NCBI GenBank assembly: GCA_002457145.1
Contig: NTJP01000005.1
Span: forward strand, 36,000-99,999
Origin: Marine Group II euryarchaeote MED-G38
GTDB lineage: Archaea > Thermoplasmatota > Poseidoniia > Poseidoniales > Thalassarchaeaceae
Length of the DNA: 64,000 nt
Direction: 5' to 3'
A model generated the notes under the pieces. That model did no database searches. It was not told the DNA's origin and worked only from the letters and a program-made list of their open reading frames with translations. The position numbers and the translations under genes were made by a program. Shown in pieces: positions 1-9,789 of the stretch (position 1 is its first letter; the number at the start of each line of letters is the position of its first letter).

Positions 1-2
1 TG

Positions 3-824
3 GTTTCTAGTGCTGAGATTATAGAATCACCAGAGATTAAATTTACTGACATAGGCGGTTTAGATGAACAAATAAAACAAATTAGACAAGCAATAGAATT
101 ACCAATTGAAAATCCTGAGGCATTTGACAAATTTGGTATTGAATCTCCAAAAGGAGTGTTATTGGCAGGCCCGCCCGGAACTGGCAAAACTCTTCTTGCC
201 AAAGCCGTTGCATCATCAACAAATGCTACATTTCTTGGTATTGTTGGGTCTGAACTAGCTCAAAAATATATTGGAGAAGGAGGGAGAATGGTTCGGGAAC
301 TATTTGATCTGGCAAGTAAAAAAGCTCCTTCGATAATTTTTATAGATGAAATTGACTCAATAGGTTCTAAGCGATTAGATTCTACAACTTCAGGTGATCG
401 GGAGGTTCAACGTACATTAATGCAATTATTAGCTGAAATGGACGGTTTTGATTCCGTAAAGAATGTGAAAGTAATAGCTGCCACTAATAGGCCTGAATTA
501 TTAGATGTCGCATTATTACGCTCGGGACGTTTTGATAGGATTGTATCACTACCTCTACCTGAAAAGGAATCTAGAAGAAGCATCTTAGAAGTTCATACTC
601 GTAATACTCCCTTATCTAATAATATTGATTTAAACTTTATTTCAAATAAAACAGAAGGATTTAGTGGAGCAGAATTAAAGGCATTGATAGTTGAAGCAGC
701 CATGAATGCGATTTCAGAGAATAGAAATAAAGTAAATAAGAAAGATATTGTTAAATCAATAGAAATTATAGTAAAAAAGAAAAATGAAAACCCTTCTAAT
801 AGTAATGAAAATCTATACAGATAA
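3..824 (+). CDS. pan: Proteasome-activating nucleotidase (AAA+ ATPase), 5'-truncated by window edge
   Basis: Frame is open from position 3 (..DIGGLDEQIKQIRQAIELP..). Motifs: Walker A GPPGTGKT, pore loop KYIGEG, Walker B IFIDEID, EVQRTLMQLLAEMDGF. C-terminal HbYX motif LYR. Confidence 0.95.
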   Translation, partial: VSSAEIIESPEIKFTDIGGLDEQIKQIRQAIELPIENPEAFDKFGIESPKGVLLAGPPGTGKTLLAKAVASSTNATFLGIVGSELAQKYIGEGGRMVRELFDLASKKAPSIIFIDEIDSIGSKRLDSTTSGDREVQRTLMQLLAEMDGFDSVKNVKVIAATNRPELLDVALLRSGRFDRIVSLPLPEKESRRSILEVHTRNTPLSNNIDLNFISNKTEGFSGAELKALIVEAAMNAISENRNKVNKKDIVKSIEIIVKKKNENPSNSNENLYR

Positions 825-861
825 TCATAATACTCTTCATTGAGATAATGGTCGGATAGCC

Positions 862-1902
862 ATGGTTGAGGTGTTGATTGAATGTGTCCCGAATTTTAGT
901 GAAGGTAGGGATCTTAAAATTATACAATCAATCAAAGATAAGATACTGTCTGTACCTAATGTCAACCTATTAGATATTGACGTGGGCCATGATTTTAATA
1001 GAACAGTAGTTACAATGGTTGGTACCCCAGATTCTGTTTTGGAAGCAGCTGTGGAGTCCTCAAAAGTAGCTTATGAGTTAATTGATATGAGGCAACATCA
1101 GGGCGAGCATGCTAGAATGGGAGCCGTAGATGTCGTGCCATTCATTCCATTATCAAACGCTTCAATTGAACTATGTACAGAAATTGCAAACAAATATGGT
1201 AAGATAATTAGTAAAGAATGCAATATACCAATCTATATTTATGGTGATGCTGCAGAAAAAACTGATCGAATCAGTCTACCAAATATACGCAAAGGTGAAT
1301 ATGAAGGCTTCCCAGAAAAAATAAAACTTGATAATTGGCTTCCTGACTACGGTCCGACAAAATTTAATTATAAGTCCGGAGTTACAGCGTCAGGATCTAG
1401 AAATATTCTGATTGCATACAATGTTAATTTGAATACAAATGATAAAACACTTGCTAATAAAATTGCCGGAAAAATTAGAACAAGTGGTGTTTTTAAGAAA
1501 GATAAAGAAGGTAATAAGATATTCGATAATAATAATAAAGCCATAAAAAAACTTGGTAAATTCCAATATCTTCAGGCTGCAGGATGGATGTTTGATGAAA
1601 ATACTGCACAAGTTTCTATGAATTTATTAAACTATAATATTACTGGCTTACATGACGTAACAGAATCTATTAAACTTGAAGCAAAAAATCTAGGATTAAA
1701 GGTAATTTCTTCAGAACTTGTTGGTTTAGTTCCATTGAATGCAATGTTAAATGCTGGACAATTCTACGCTAAAAATCCTAAACAACAATCAGAATCAGAA
1801 CTAGTTAATGCTGCTATATCTGGTCTTAAACTAAATGTTATAGATGAATTCATTCCGGAAAATAATATTATCGAGTGGACCTTATCCAATAGTAGGAGGT
1901 AA
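862..1902 (+). CDS. ftcD: Glutamate formiminotransferase (FT domain of FTCD)
   Basis: IECVPNFSEGR, DFNRTVVT, IDMRQHQGEHARMGAVDVVPF, IAYNVNL and SELVGLVP; heads the hut cluster. Confidence 0.95.
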   Translation: MVEVLIECVPNFSEGRDLKIIQSIKDKILSVPNVNLLDIDVGHDFNRTVVTMVGTPDSVLEAAVESSKVAYELIDMRQHQGEHARMGAVDVVPFIPLSNASIELCTEIANKYGKIISKECNIPIYIYGDAAEKTDRISLPNIRKGEYEGFPEKIKLDNWLPDYGPTKFNYKSGVTASGSRNILIAYNVNLNTNDKTLANKIAGKIRTSGVFKKDKEGNKIFDNNNKAIKKLGKFQYLQAAGWMFDENTAQVSMNLLNYNITGLHDVTESIKLEAKNLGLKVISSELVGLVPLNAMLNAGQFYAKNPKQQSESELVNAAISGLKLNVIDEFIPENNIIEWTLSNSRR

Positions 1903-1906
1903 TTAT

Positions 1907-2527
1907 ATGAATGAAGGTTATATTGCAGTTCTTGATAAAATATCATCAATATCTCCAACACCCGGAGGGGGGGCAGTAGCCGCATTGGTCCTAGGGCATT
2001 CATATTCATTAGTTTCAATGGTGTCTCAGTTGACACTAAAATCTGATAAATGGATTAAAGGGCATAAGATTAGTAAAAATTTAAAAAATATTTCTGAAAA
2101 GGGAATTTTACATTCTATAGATTTAGCTAATAACGACTGTATTGCGTTTGATAATGTCATGAATTCCTATAGGTTACCCAAAAATAATGAAGAAGAAATT
2201 TCAATAAGAAAAGAAAAAATCATCGAGGCTTCCTTAGAGGCCACTACAGCACCTTATGATATTGCGGAAAAATCTCTAGATTTACTATTATTATTACCTG
2301 ATTTCGCTAAATATGCTAATAAAAATGCTTTGACTGATTTAGCATCAGCATCACAACTAGCAGAATCTGCAGCCTATATTGCATCATTAAATGTTAAAAT
2401 TAATACACCTAATTTGTCAAAAGAAGACAGTAGAAAATATAATATAAAAATAAAAAATATATTAAAAGAGAGCAAATCATTAAATGAAAATATTCAAGAA
2501 ATATGTTCCTCAAGAATAGGGTGGTAA
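1907..2527 (+). CDS. Formiminotetrahydrofolate cyclodeaminase (FTCD_C domain)
   Basis: SPTPGGGAVAAL, D..AF..VM..YRLPK, NALTDL and LNVKIN motifs. Start moved to ATG 1907, which follows GGAGGT at 1895-1900. Confidence 0.9.
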   Translation: MNEGYIAVLDKISSISPTPGGGAVAALVLGHSYSLVSMVSQLTLKSDKWIKGHKISKNLKNISEKGILHSIDLANNDCIAFDNVMNSYRLPKNNEEEISIRKEKIIEASLEATTAPYDIAEKSLDLLLLLPDFAKYANKNALTDLASASQLAESAAYIASLNVKINTPNLSKEDSRKYNIKIKNILKESKSLNENIQEICSSRIGW

Positions 2528-2528
2528 A

Positions 2529-4529
2529 ATGATTTTTTCAGAAGAAATATCTATTGGAATTCCTCATGAATTACCAGAATTCAAAAAATTGGATTTAAAA
2601 ATAGATCATGCTCCAAAAAGACCACTTAATCTATCGTTAAAAGAAAAAAGGCTTGCTATAAAAAATTCGCTAAGATACTTTCCTAAAAAGTGGCATAATA
2701 TACTCGCAAAGGAATTTTTAGAAGAATTAGAAACCTATGGTCATATATACATGTATAGATTTAGACCTGATTATGATATGTATGCAAGGCCTATACAAGA
2801 GTATCCTGCCAAATCCCAATCTGCAGCATCTATTATGCACATGATACAAAATAACCTTGATCCTGATGTGGCACAATATCCTCATGAATTGGTAACCTAT
2901 GGTGGTAATGGGACAGTTTTTCAAAATTGGATTCAGTATAGATTAGTTATGTTTTATTTATCTAAAATGGACGATACACAAACACTTGTAATTTATTCAG
3001 GACATCCAATGGGATTATTTCCCTCAGACAGTAATTCTCCTAGGGTTGTAGTAACTAACGGTATGGTAATACCGAACTATTCTAGTCAAGAAGATTATGA
3101 TAAAATGAATGCTATGGGTGTTTCACAATATGGACAAATGACGGCCGGATCGTACATGTATATAGGCCCACAAGGAATAGTACATGGTACAGCAATAACT
3201 ATTCTAAATGCTGCAAGAAAATATCTTGGGATAAAAGATGAAAATGGATTAGGTGGGACTTTATTTGTTACATCTGGTCTTGGTGGAATGTCAGGTGCAC
3301 AGGCTAAAGCCGCTGTTATCACAGGAGCTGTTTGCGTAATTGCTGAATGTAACCCCTTTGCGGCACGCAAGAGACATGAACAAGGTTGGTTAAATGAAAT
3401 TTTTACAGATTTAGACCAATTAGCAATTAGAATTAACAATGCTAAAAGAAATAAAGAAGCTGTTTCACTTGGATATGTTGGTAATATTGTGGATATGTTA
3501 GAATATTTTATTTTTAAAGGGATTGTACCCGATTTGGGAAGCGATCAAACTAGTCTCCATAATCCATGGTTAGGAGGCTATATGCCAGTAGATTTAACTT
3601 ATGAAGAAGGATTAGAATTATTATCTAAAGACCCTGATAAATTTAAATTAAAGGTTAAAAATTCTCTTAATAGGCATGCAAATGCTATAAATGTACTAAG
3701 TAAAAAAGGGATGTTTTTTTGGGACTATGGTAATGCATTTTTGCTTGAAGCTAGTCGTGCAGGGGCTAAAGTAATAGAAAATGATTCTTTTACCTATCCA
3801 TCATATGTCGAAGATATAATGGGTCCGATGTGCTTTGATTATGGTTTTGGACCTTTCAGATGGGTTTGTGTATCTGGTAAAAAATCAGATCTTGATAAAA
3901 CAGACCAAATAGCATTAGATGTCCTGAAAAATCTATCCAAAAAATGTCCAAAAGAGATTAAACTACAATATATGGATAATATTAGATGGATATCTGAAGC
4001 GGATAAACATAATTTGGTAGTTGGTAGTAAAGCGAGAATTCTCTATGCTGATGAAATAGGGAGAACAAAGATTGCTATTGAATTCAATAATGCAATTAGA
4101 GAAGGGAAAATTTCTGGTCCAATAGTTCTGGGGCGTGACCATCATGATGTTAGCGGAACAGATAGTCCATACAGAGAAACAGCCAATATCAAAGATGGTT
4201 CTATGTTTACTGCAGATATGGCAGTACAAAATTTCGTCGGAGATTCATTTAGAGGAGCAACTTGGATTAGTCTTCATAATGGTGGTGGAGTAGGTTGGGG
4301 AGAGGTAATCAATGGTGGATTTGGAATGTTAATTGATGGTTCTAAAAAGTCTCAAGAAAATATTGAATCAATGATTTCATGGGATGTTAATAATGGAATC
4401 GCTCGTAGGTCTTGGGCTAGAAACGAAGGTGCTAAATTTGCAATTAAAAGAGCTATGGATAGGAATAAAAAATTAGAAATAACAGTTTCTAATCTTGTTG
4501 ATGAGGATATTATAGATTTTTTGTTATAA
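2529..4529 (+). CDS. hutU: Urocanate hydratase (long ~670-aa form)
   Basis: ELVTYGGNG, YGQMTAGSYMYIGPQGIVHG, GLGGMSGAQ, DQTSLHNP, GRDHHDVSGTDSPYRET and HNGGGVG. Confidence 0.97.
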   Translation: MIFSEEISIGIPHELPEFKKLDLKIDHAPKRPLNLSLKEKRLAIKNSLRYFPKKWHNILAKEFLEELETYGHIYMYRFRPDYDMYARPIQEYPAKSQSAASIMHMIQNNLDPDVAQYPHELVTYGGNGTVFQNWIQYRLVMFYLSKMDDTQTLVIYSGHPMGLFPSDSNSPRVVVTNGMVIPNYSSQEDYDKMNAMGVSQYGQMTAGSYMYIGPQGIVHGTAITILNAARKYLGIKDENGLGGTLFVTSGLGGMSGAQAKAAVITGAVCVIAECNPFAARKRHEQGWLNEIFTDLDQLAIRINNAKRNKEAVSLGYVGNIVDMLEYFIFKGIVPDLGSDQTSLHNPWLGGYMPVDLTYEEGLELLSKDPDKFKLKVKNSLNRHANAINVLSKKGMFFWDYGNAFLLEASRAGAKVIENDSFTYPSYVEDIMGPMCFDYGFGPFRWVCVSGKKSDLDKTDQIALDVLKNLSKKCPKEIKLQYMDNIRWISEADKHNLVVGSKARILYADEIGRTKIAIEFNNAIREGKISGPIVLGRDHHDVSGTDSPYRETANIKDGSMFTADMAVQNFVGDSFRGATWISLHNGGGVGWGEVINGGFGMLIDGSKKSQENIESMISWDVNNGIARRSWARNEGAKFAIKRAMDRNKKLEITVSNLVDEDIIDFLL

Positions 4530-4564
4530 GATTCGATGAGTATATCTGTATGATGCCCTGAGGA

Positions 4565-6094
4565 ATGGTTATGAGTGATCTGCATATAGATGGTTATTCA
4601 CTTAAAATTGAAGATGTGGTATCTTTATTTAAAGAATCTAGAAGAGTTAATTTAACAGATGATGCGAAAAATAAAATGAATAAGTCTAGAAAAACTATAG
4701 AAAAAATAATTGAAAATAATAACGTGGTATATGGAATAAATACAGGATTTGGATCATTATCATCAGTAACTATTGATGCCAATAGTTTAGAAGAATTACA
4801 ATCCAATCTAATACGTAGTCACGCTTGTGGAGTCGGTGAAAGAATGGAACCAGAACATGTATTGATGATGATGTTAATACGTGCAAATTCAATAGCAAAA
4901 GGCTATTCAGGTACGAGAATAGAAGTGATAAATTTATTGATTTCTATGATAAATAATAAAATTGCCCCCGTAATCCCAAGAATAGGATCCTTGGGTGCAT
5001 CTGGAGACTTAGCTCCTTTATCTCACTTAGCACTCGCAATGATGGGCGAAGGAGAGTGTAATGTCTTAATAGATGGAAATTGGGTGGTAAAAAATGCAAT
5101 TGATGCACTACAAATATATAATTTGAAACCTATAATATTTCAAGCAAAAGAAGGATTATCTCTAATAAATGGAACTAGTCAGATGTGTACGTATCTATCA
5201 ATCGCGATATCAAATATGGAACATTTAGTATTCGCTGCTGATGCCTCTGCATCATGTTCTCTAGAAGCTATTAAAGGATCACATTCGCCCTTTGACCCAC
5301 GTATACATGATGTTAGACCTCATTTAGGTCAAAAAATATCATCTGCTAGGATTATGGGTTTTCTCTCGAATTCAGATATTCAAAAATCTCATGTAAATTG
5401 TGATAGAGTACAGGACGCATACTCATTTAGGTGTGCTCCACAAGTACATGGTCCTATAATTGAAATTTTAATTGAAGGACGTAGAATGTTAGAAATAGAA
5501 TTAAATAGTGCAACTGACAACCCTTTAGTATTCAGTAATGAAGAAAAATGGGATGTAATCAGTGGCGGTAATTTCCATGGTCAAAATTTATCATTGATGA
5601 GCGATTATCTAGCGATAGCATGTCATGAATTAGCATCTATATCGGAAAGACGGATAGAACAAATTTTAGACCCAAGATGGAGTGGTCAAAAAGCATTTTT
5701 AACTAATAAAGAAGGTTTGGAAAGCGGTCTGATGATTGTACAGTATGTATCTGCATCACTAATTTCAGAATTAAAGTTACTTTCTAATCCTACATCAGTA
5801 GGCAACGTACCTGTTAGTAATGGCAAAGAAGATCATGTTTCCATGGGTGCGACTGGTACTTACAGAACATTTATTTCCACAAAATACTTATCACTAGTGT
5901 TGTCAAATGAATTAATTTGTGCCAATGAAGCACTAAATCGAATTTCAGAAGATCCTGGAAATGGAGTCCTAATTATTAATAATTGGCTAAGTAAATTAGT
6001 GAAACCTCTCACAAATGATAGATCAATGACAAAAGATTGTGAAGAAGTATCTAAAAATTTACTATTGGGTAATTTATCTAATTTATTTAGGTGA
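4565..6094 (+). CDS. hutH: Histidine ammonia-lyase
   Basis: VYGINTGFG, MIO-forming GSLGASGDLAPLSH, KEGLSLINGT, VQDAYSFRCAPQVHG, SGGNFHG and EDHVSMG. Confidence 0.97.
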   Translation: MVMSDLHIDGYSLKIEDVVSLFKESRRVNLTDDAKNKMNKSRKTIEKIIENNNVVYGINTGFGSLSSVTIDANSLEELQSNLIRSHACGVGERMEPEHVLMMMLIRANSIAKGYSGTRIEVINLLISMINNKIAPVIPRIGSLGASGDLAPLSHLALAMMGEGECNVLIDGNWVVKNAIDALQIYNLKPIIFQAKEGLSLINGTSQMCTYLSIAISNMEHLVFAADASASCSLEAIKGSHSPFDPRIHDVRPHLGQKISSARIMGFLSNSDIQKSHVNCDRVQDAYSFRCAPQVHGPIIEILIEGRRMLEIELNSATDNPLVFSNEEKWDVISGGNFHGQNLSLMSDYLAIACHELASISERRIEQILDPRWSGQKAFLTNKEGLESGLMIVQYVSASLISELKLLSNPTSVGNVPVSNGKEDHVSMGATGTYRTFISTKYLSLVLSNELICANEALNRISEDPGNGVLIINNWLSKLVKPLTNDRSMTKDCEEVSKNLLLGNLSNLFR

Positions 6095-6098
6095 GATT

Positions 6099-6809
6099 AT
6101 GCAGGAAAAAATGCATCTAAAATGCCATCCTGGTACCAATCCAAAACCCTTCAAAGCTAAAATAGTTAATATTGAAGATAATTATTTAATGTTTGATAAT
6201 TCATATTGCTTTCCTCGAGGAGGCGGCCAACCAGGCGATATCGGAACTATCATATTAGGAGAATTAGAAAAAGAATTTCATGAAACACTACCAGGAGAAT
6301 ATATCAAACATCCCATAGATTCCGTAGATCAATTTAAAATAGGTGATAATATCAAATGTATTATCGATAAAGAAAATCGAAATAGAAATGCTAAAATGCA
6401 TACAACTCAACATATAGTCTCAGCGTTGGCTAATGATTTGTTTGGTGCTGAGACTATAGGAAATCAAATAGGAACCGAATTTACCAGAATAGACCTAAAA
6501 TTTCAAGATAAGAATAAATTCAATATCGAAGATTTAGAATCCAGTTTCAATGATATATTATCTACCAATGCACCAGTTAATGTATATGATTGGGACAGAA
6601 ATACTATTTTATCACATAATAAAATGAGACATACAAATTTTTTGGATCGTATTCCAAGTTCTATAGAAAAATTAAGAGTAGTAGAAATAGTAGATATAGA
6701 TTTGTGTCCGTGTGGAGGAACACATGTAAAAAATATCAATATATTAGACGATTTAAAAATCAATAGAGTAAAATCAAAAGGTTCAGGAAAATTAAGAATT
6801 TCATATTAG
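6099..6809 (+). CDS. alaX: Alanyl-tRNA editing protein (AlaX-M type)
   Basis: FPRGGGQPGDIG, HTTQH (HxxxH) and CPCGGTH (CxxxH). Start ATG 6099 follows GGTGA. Confidence 0.9.
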   Translation: MQEKMHLKCHPGTNPKPFKAKIVNIEDNYLMFDNSYCFPRGGGQPGDIGTIILGELEKEFHETLPGEYIKHPIDSVDQFKIGDNIKCIIDKENRNRNAKMHTTQHIVSALANDLFGAETIGNQIGTEFTRIDLKFQDKNKFNIEDLESSFNDILSTNAPVNVYDWDRNTILSHNKMRHTNFLDRIPSSIEKLRVVEIVDIDLCPCGGTHVKNINILDDLKINRVKSKGSGKLRISY

Positions 6810-6841
6810 GTGAATAATCTTATAATTAGTTTTGTAACTAT

Positions 6842-6917
6842 TGGTGGGCTCGGCAGGAATTGAACCTGCGATCTCCACCATGTCAAGGTGGCGTCATAAC
6901 CCCTAGACCACGAGCCC
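6842..6917 (-). tRNA. tRNA-Val(GAC), CCA encoded, no intron
   Basis: Reverse complement is GGGCTCGTGGTCTAGGGGTTATGACG-CCACC-TTGACAT-GGTGG-AGATCGCAGGTTCAATTCCTGCCGAGCCCACCA, a full cloverleaf. Confidence 0.97.
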
Positions 6918-6973
6918 TAGGTATCCCTGCCGAAATTGACTTTCCAAATGAATCATTCTAATTAAATTAAATA

Positions 6974-7129
6974 TCATGAGATAATTTTTGAGATTTTTCC
7001 TGAACAGTTTTTTTCTGAACATAGTCCTGCGGCCCTCGTACGTCCATTTTTCATCACTATAAAATGAACATTTGAAATTAATCCATACTTTTTACATCTT
7101 AAACAGAGTCCACTGATTGATGGATCCAT
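6974..7129 (-). CDS. Small Zn-ribbon protein, DUF5679-like (51 aa, not in ORF track)
   Basis: Translated by hand: MDPSISGLCLRCKKYGLISNVHFIVMKNGRTRAAGLCSEKNCSGKISKIIS. Pattern CxxC..MKNGR..G.Cx4C..K. Confidence 0.75.
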   Translation of the reverse strand: MDPSISGLCLRCKKYGLISNVHFIVMKNGRTRAAGLCSEKNCSGKISKIIS

Positions 7130-7247
7130 AAGCTGGGACACATGTCTCAATTTTCAACCCTATTGTAGGGTCAAACAATGAAAAATAATAATAATTGTCA
7201 AAAACGTTATACTGCTGTACAATTTCAATAAACATAATTAAAACTAA

Positions 7248-7271
7248 TTCTGATAACTATGATTATCAGAA
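7248..7271. promoter_or_regulatory. Perfect 9-bp inverted repeat TTCTGATAA-N6-TTATCAGAA (possible operator or terminator hairpin)
   Basis: Seen in the AT-rich gap between the hutI 3' end and the start of the Zn-ribbon gene. Confidence 0.35.
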
Positions 7272-7385
7272 ATATGATGTTTGATGAGTTTATAATATAA
7301 TGTAGATTTTCTATTATGTAATGTAATTATTGACAATGAAATATTATATAGGTACTTTCATATCTATAATTATTTATTAACAATT

Positions 7386-8681
7386 TTATATCGTCTTATT
7401 TGAATTTACAATAATTCCATTAATCATTGTTTTACTTATAGAATTAATACCAGGGGTCTGACACCAACCATCAATATATGATGACGCAATAATATTCAAA
7501 TCAGCAGGTGAACCTATAGATAGAGTTCCTCTCATCTCATTCGAATCAAATAATGTTGAAGCTGGATTTCTAGTTGATGCTACTAAAGATGTTAATGGAT
7601 TAATATCCAATCTGTGCGTTAGAAGACTACCAATGAATGGCATAGACAATGAAGAGTAGTTAGGATTAAAATCAGATGCAATAGCAAAATTCCAACATTC
7701 ATCAATACATTTCTGTATTGGTAAATCTATTTTTTTTCCTAAAATATATGGTGTACCGGGTAAAAAAGTTTGCATTGTACCATTTTTTGAGGCTAAATTT
7801 CTAGAATCATCATTTGAAAATGCCACATGATCGCCACTTACTGATCCTAATTCAGAAGCAAGTTTCAAACCATTAGAATCCACAAACTCATCTACATGTA
7901 ATCTAGATTTAAGTCCCACTTCATGCGATGCCTTAACAATTCTTTCAGTATCTTCTAAACTAAACCAACCAGGCTCACAAAATACATCGACCCATTTAGC
8001 TAACTTATTTTCATATACATTAGGTAATTGAATTTCAATTAATTCTTCAATGTATTCGTTTTTATTTTTGTCTGTAGGAAAGTCATGTGCCCCTAACCAT
8101 GTCGAAAATATATTACAATGTGAGGTCTCGGCTAATGATGATACAACCTTTAATAATATATCTTCAGTATTATTAGACAATCCATATCCACTTTTTGCTT
8201 CCAAAGTCGTAGTACCATGCATCATTGCAATATCTAATCTTTCACTAGCTTTTGATAAAAGTTTAGAGAATTTGGTATTTCTTGTACTCTCAACAGTTTT
8301 TTTTATGCCCCCTCCTAATTTAGATATATCGTGATAAGATAAGCCTTGTTGTCTCATAGATAACTCATTATATCTATCTCCCGACCAAACTAGATGTGTA
8401 TGGCTATCAACTAATCCTGGTATAATCGCTTTTCCTTCAGCATCAATAATATCATACCCACTTCTCTTGATATTTCCTCCTTCATACCATGGTATGAATT
8501 CGTCTATTACTACATCATTTTGATTAATTGTCTTAATTTTACCATCTTTGATAATTATAGCGTTATCCTTAGCATATACAAGGGATTCCTTATCTGACAT
8601 TTCATAACCTGAAATTGGCTTAGTAATATCTCCTGTGGATAAGTGGGCGATTTCACCACAGTTCGTGATGATGGTAGTCAT
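7386..8681 (-). CDS. hutI: Imidazolonepropionase
   Basis: PGLVDSHTHLV, GGGIKKTVESTR, GTTTLEAKSGYGL, DVFCEPG and ASDFNP. Confidence 0.95.
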   Translation of the reverse strand: MTTIITNCGEIAHLSTGDITKPISGYEMSDKESLVYAKDNAIIIKDGKIKTINQNDVVIDEFIPWYEGGNIKRSGYDIIDAEGKAIIPGLVDSHTHLVWSGDRYNELSMRQQGLSYHDISKLGGGIKKTVESTRNTKFSKLLSKASERLDIAMMHGTTTLEAKSGYGLSNNTEDILLKVVSSLAETSHCNIFSTWLGAHDFPTDKNKNEYIEELIEIQLPNVYENKLAKWVDVFCEPGWFSLEDTERIVKASHEVGLKSRLHVDEFVDSNGLKLASELGSVSGDHVAFSNDDSRNLASKNGTMQTFLPGTPYILGKKIDLPIQKCIDECWNFAIASDFNPNYSSLSMPFIGSLLTHRLDINPLTSLVASTRNPASTLFDSNEMRGTLSIGSPADLNIIASSYIDGWCQTPGINSISKTMINGIIVNSNKTI

Positions 8682-8731
8682 GTCTTGTGGGAGCAGTTAT
8701 ACTTCAAAGGGATAACCCCCTACGGGTAAAC

Positions 8732-9739
8732 ATGAAGGGTGCGGTGTTAGGTATTGAAAGTACAGCACATACTCTCTCGTTTGGAATGGTCGATATGGAT
8801 GGAAAACTATCATCCTCATTTTCAAATTTATTTAGACCAGAAGAAGGAGGCATTCACCCAAGAGAAGCAGCTGATCATCATTGTCTAAAAGCTTCGAATT
8901 TACTAGAAAATATAATGTCCACTGAATTTTTTAATAGCAATGAAATTGAAGCAGTAGCATTTAGTCAAGGCCCGGGTTTAGGGCCATGTTTGAGAGTGGG
9001 TGCAAGTATTGCGCGTACTCTTTCAAAAGTATGGAATGTCCCTCTAATAGGAGTAAATCATTGTGTGGCTCATATTGAAATTGGTAAAAATCAAACAGGA
9101 TGTAAAGATCCTGTTCTGTTGTACGTAAGTGGAGGAAATACTCAGGTTATAGCAAGCTCTAGGAATAAGTATAGAGTCATGGGTGAAACATTAGATATCG
9201 GAATAGGAAACATGTTAGATAAGTTTGCAAGAACACAAGGAATTCCATTTCCTGGAGGTCCAGAAATAGAGATTTTAGCGAATAGATTTGCATTAAATCA
9301 TGATATCAATGCTAATTTTATTAATCTTCCATATGGAGTTCAAGGCATGGATATTGGTTTTTCAGGTATGTTAACTGCAGCCGAAAGAAAAATTATTGAT
9401 GGAAATTCTCTCGAATCCATATGTTGGTCATTACAAGAGCATGCATTCGCTTCATGTATTGAGGTTGCAGAAAGAGCGATGGCACATACAGGTAAGAATG
9501 AATTACTATTAGGAGGAGGAGTGGCGTGTAATTCCAGAATTCGGGAAATGGCAGAAATAATGTGCGAAGAACGCGGTGCCAAAGCATATTGGCCAGAAAA
9601 AAGATTTTGTATTGACAATGGTACTATGATTGCTGAATTAGGAAGATTATTGCATAAAGTAGGATATAGTACTAATTTAAGTGATAGTGCTATTAATCCT
9701 ATGTTAAGGACAGACCACACAGAAATAATATGGGATTAA
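8732..9739 (+). CDS. kae1: KEOPS t6A synthase Kae1 (not fused to Bud32)
   Basis: LGIESTAHT, GGIHPREAADHH, SQGPGLGPCLR, VNHCVAHIEIG, LYVSGGNTQV and IDNGTMIA. Start at ATG 8732. Confidence 0.96.
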   Translation: MKGAVLGIESTAHTLSFGMVDMDGKLSSSFSNLFRPEEGGIHPREAADHHCLKASNLLENIMSTEFFNSNEIEAVAFSQGPGLGPCLRVGASIARTLSKVWNVPLIGVNHCVAHIEIGKNQTGCKDPVLLYVSGGNTQVIASSRNKYRVMGETLDIGIGNMLDKFARTQGIPFPGGPEIEILANRFALNHDINANFINLPYGVQGMDIGFSGMLTAAERKIIDGNSLESICWSLQEHAFASCIEVAERAMAHTGKNELLLGGGVACNSRIREMAEIMCEERGAKAYWPEKRFCIDNGTMIAELGRLLHKVGYSTNLSDSAINPMLRTDHTEIIWD

Positions 9740-9789
9740 GAAGACTTATCAAACCCTATTAATTGGAGAGTACGGAGATTGATTAAAAG

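Noticed and set aside
6842-7385. Integrated element at tRNA-Val (also considered at tRNA-Pro)
   Set aside because: No integrase or duplicated tRNA 3' end was seen.
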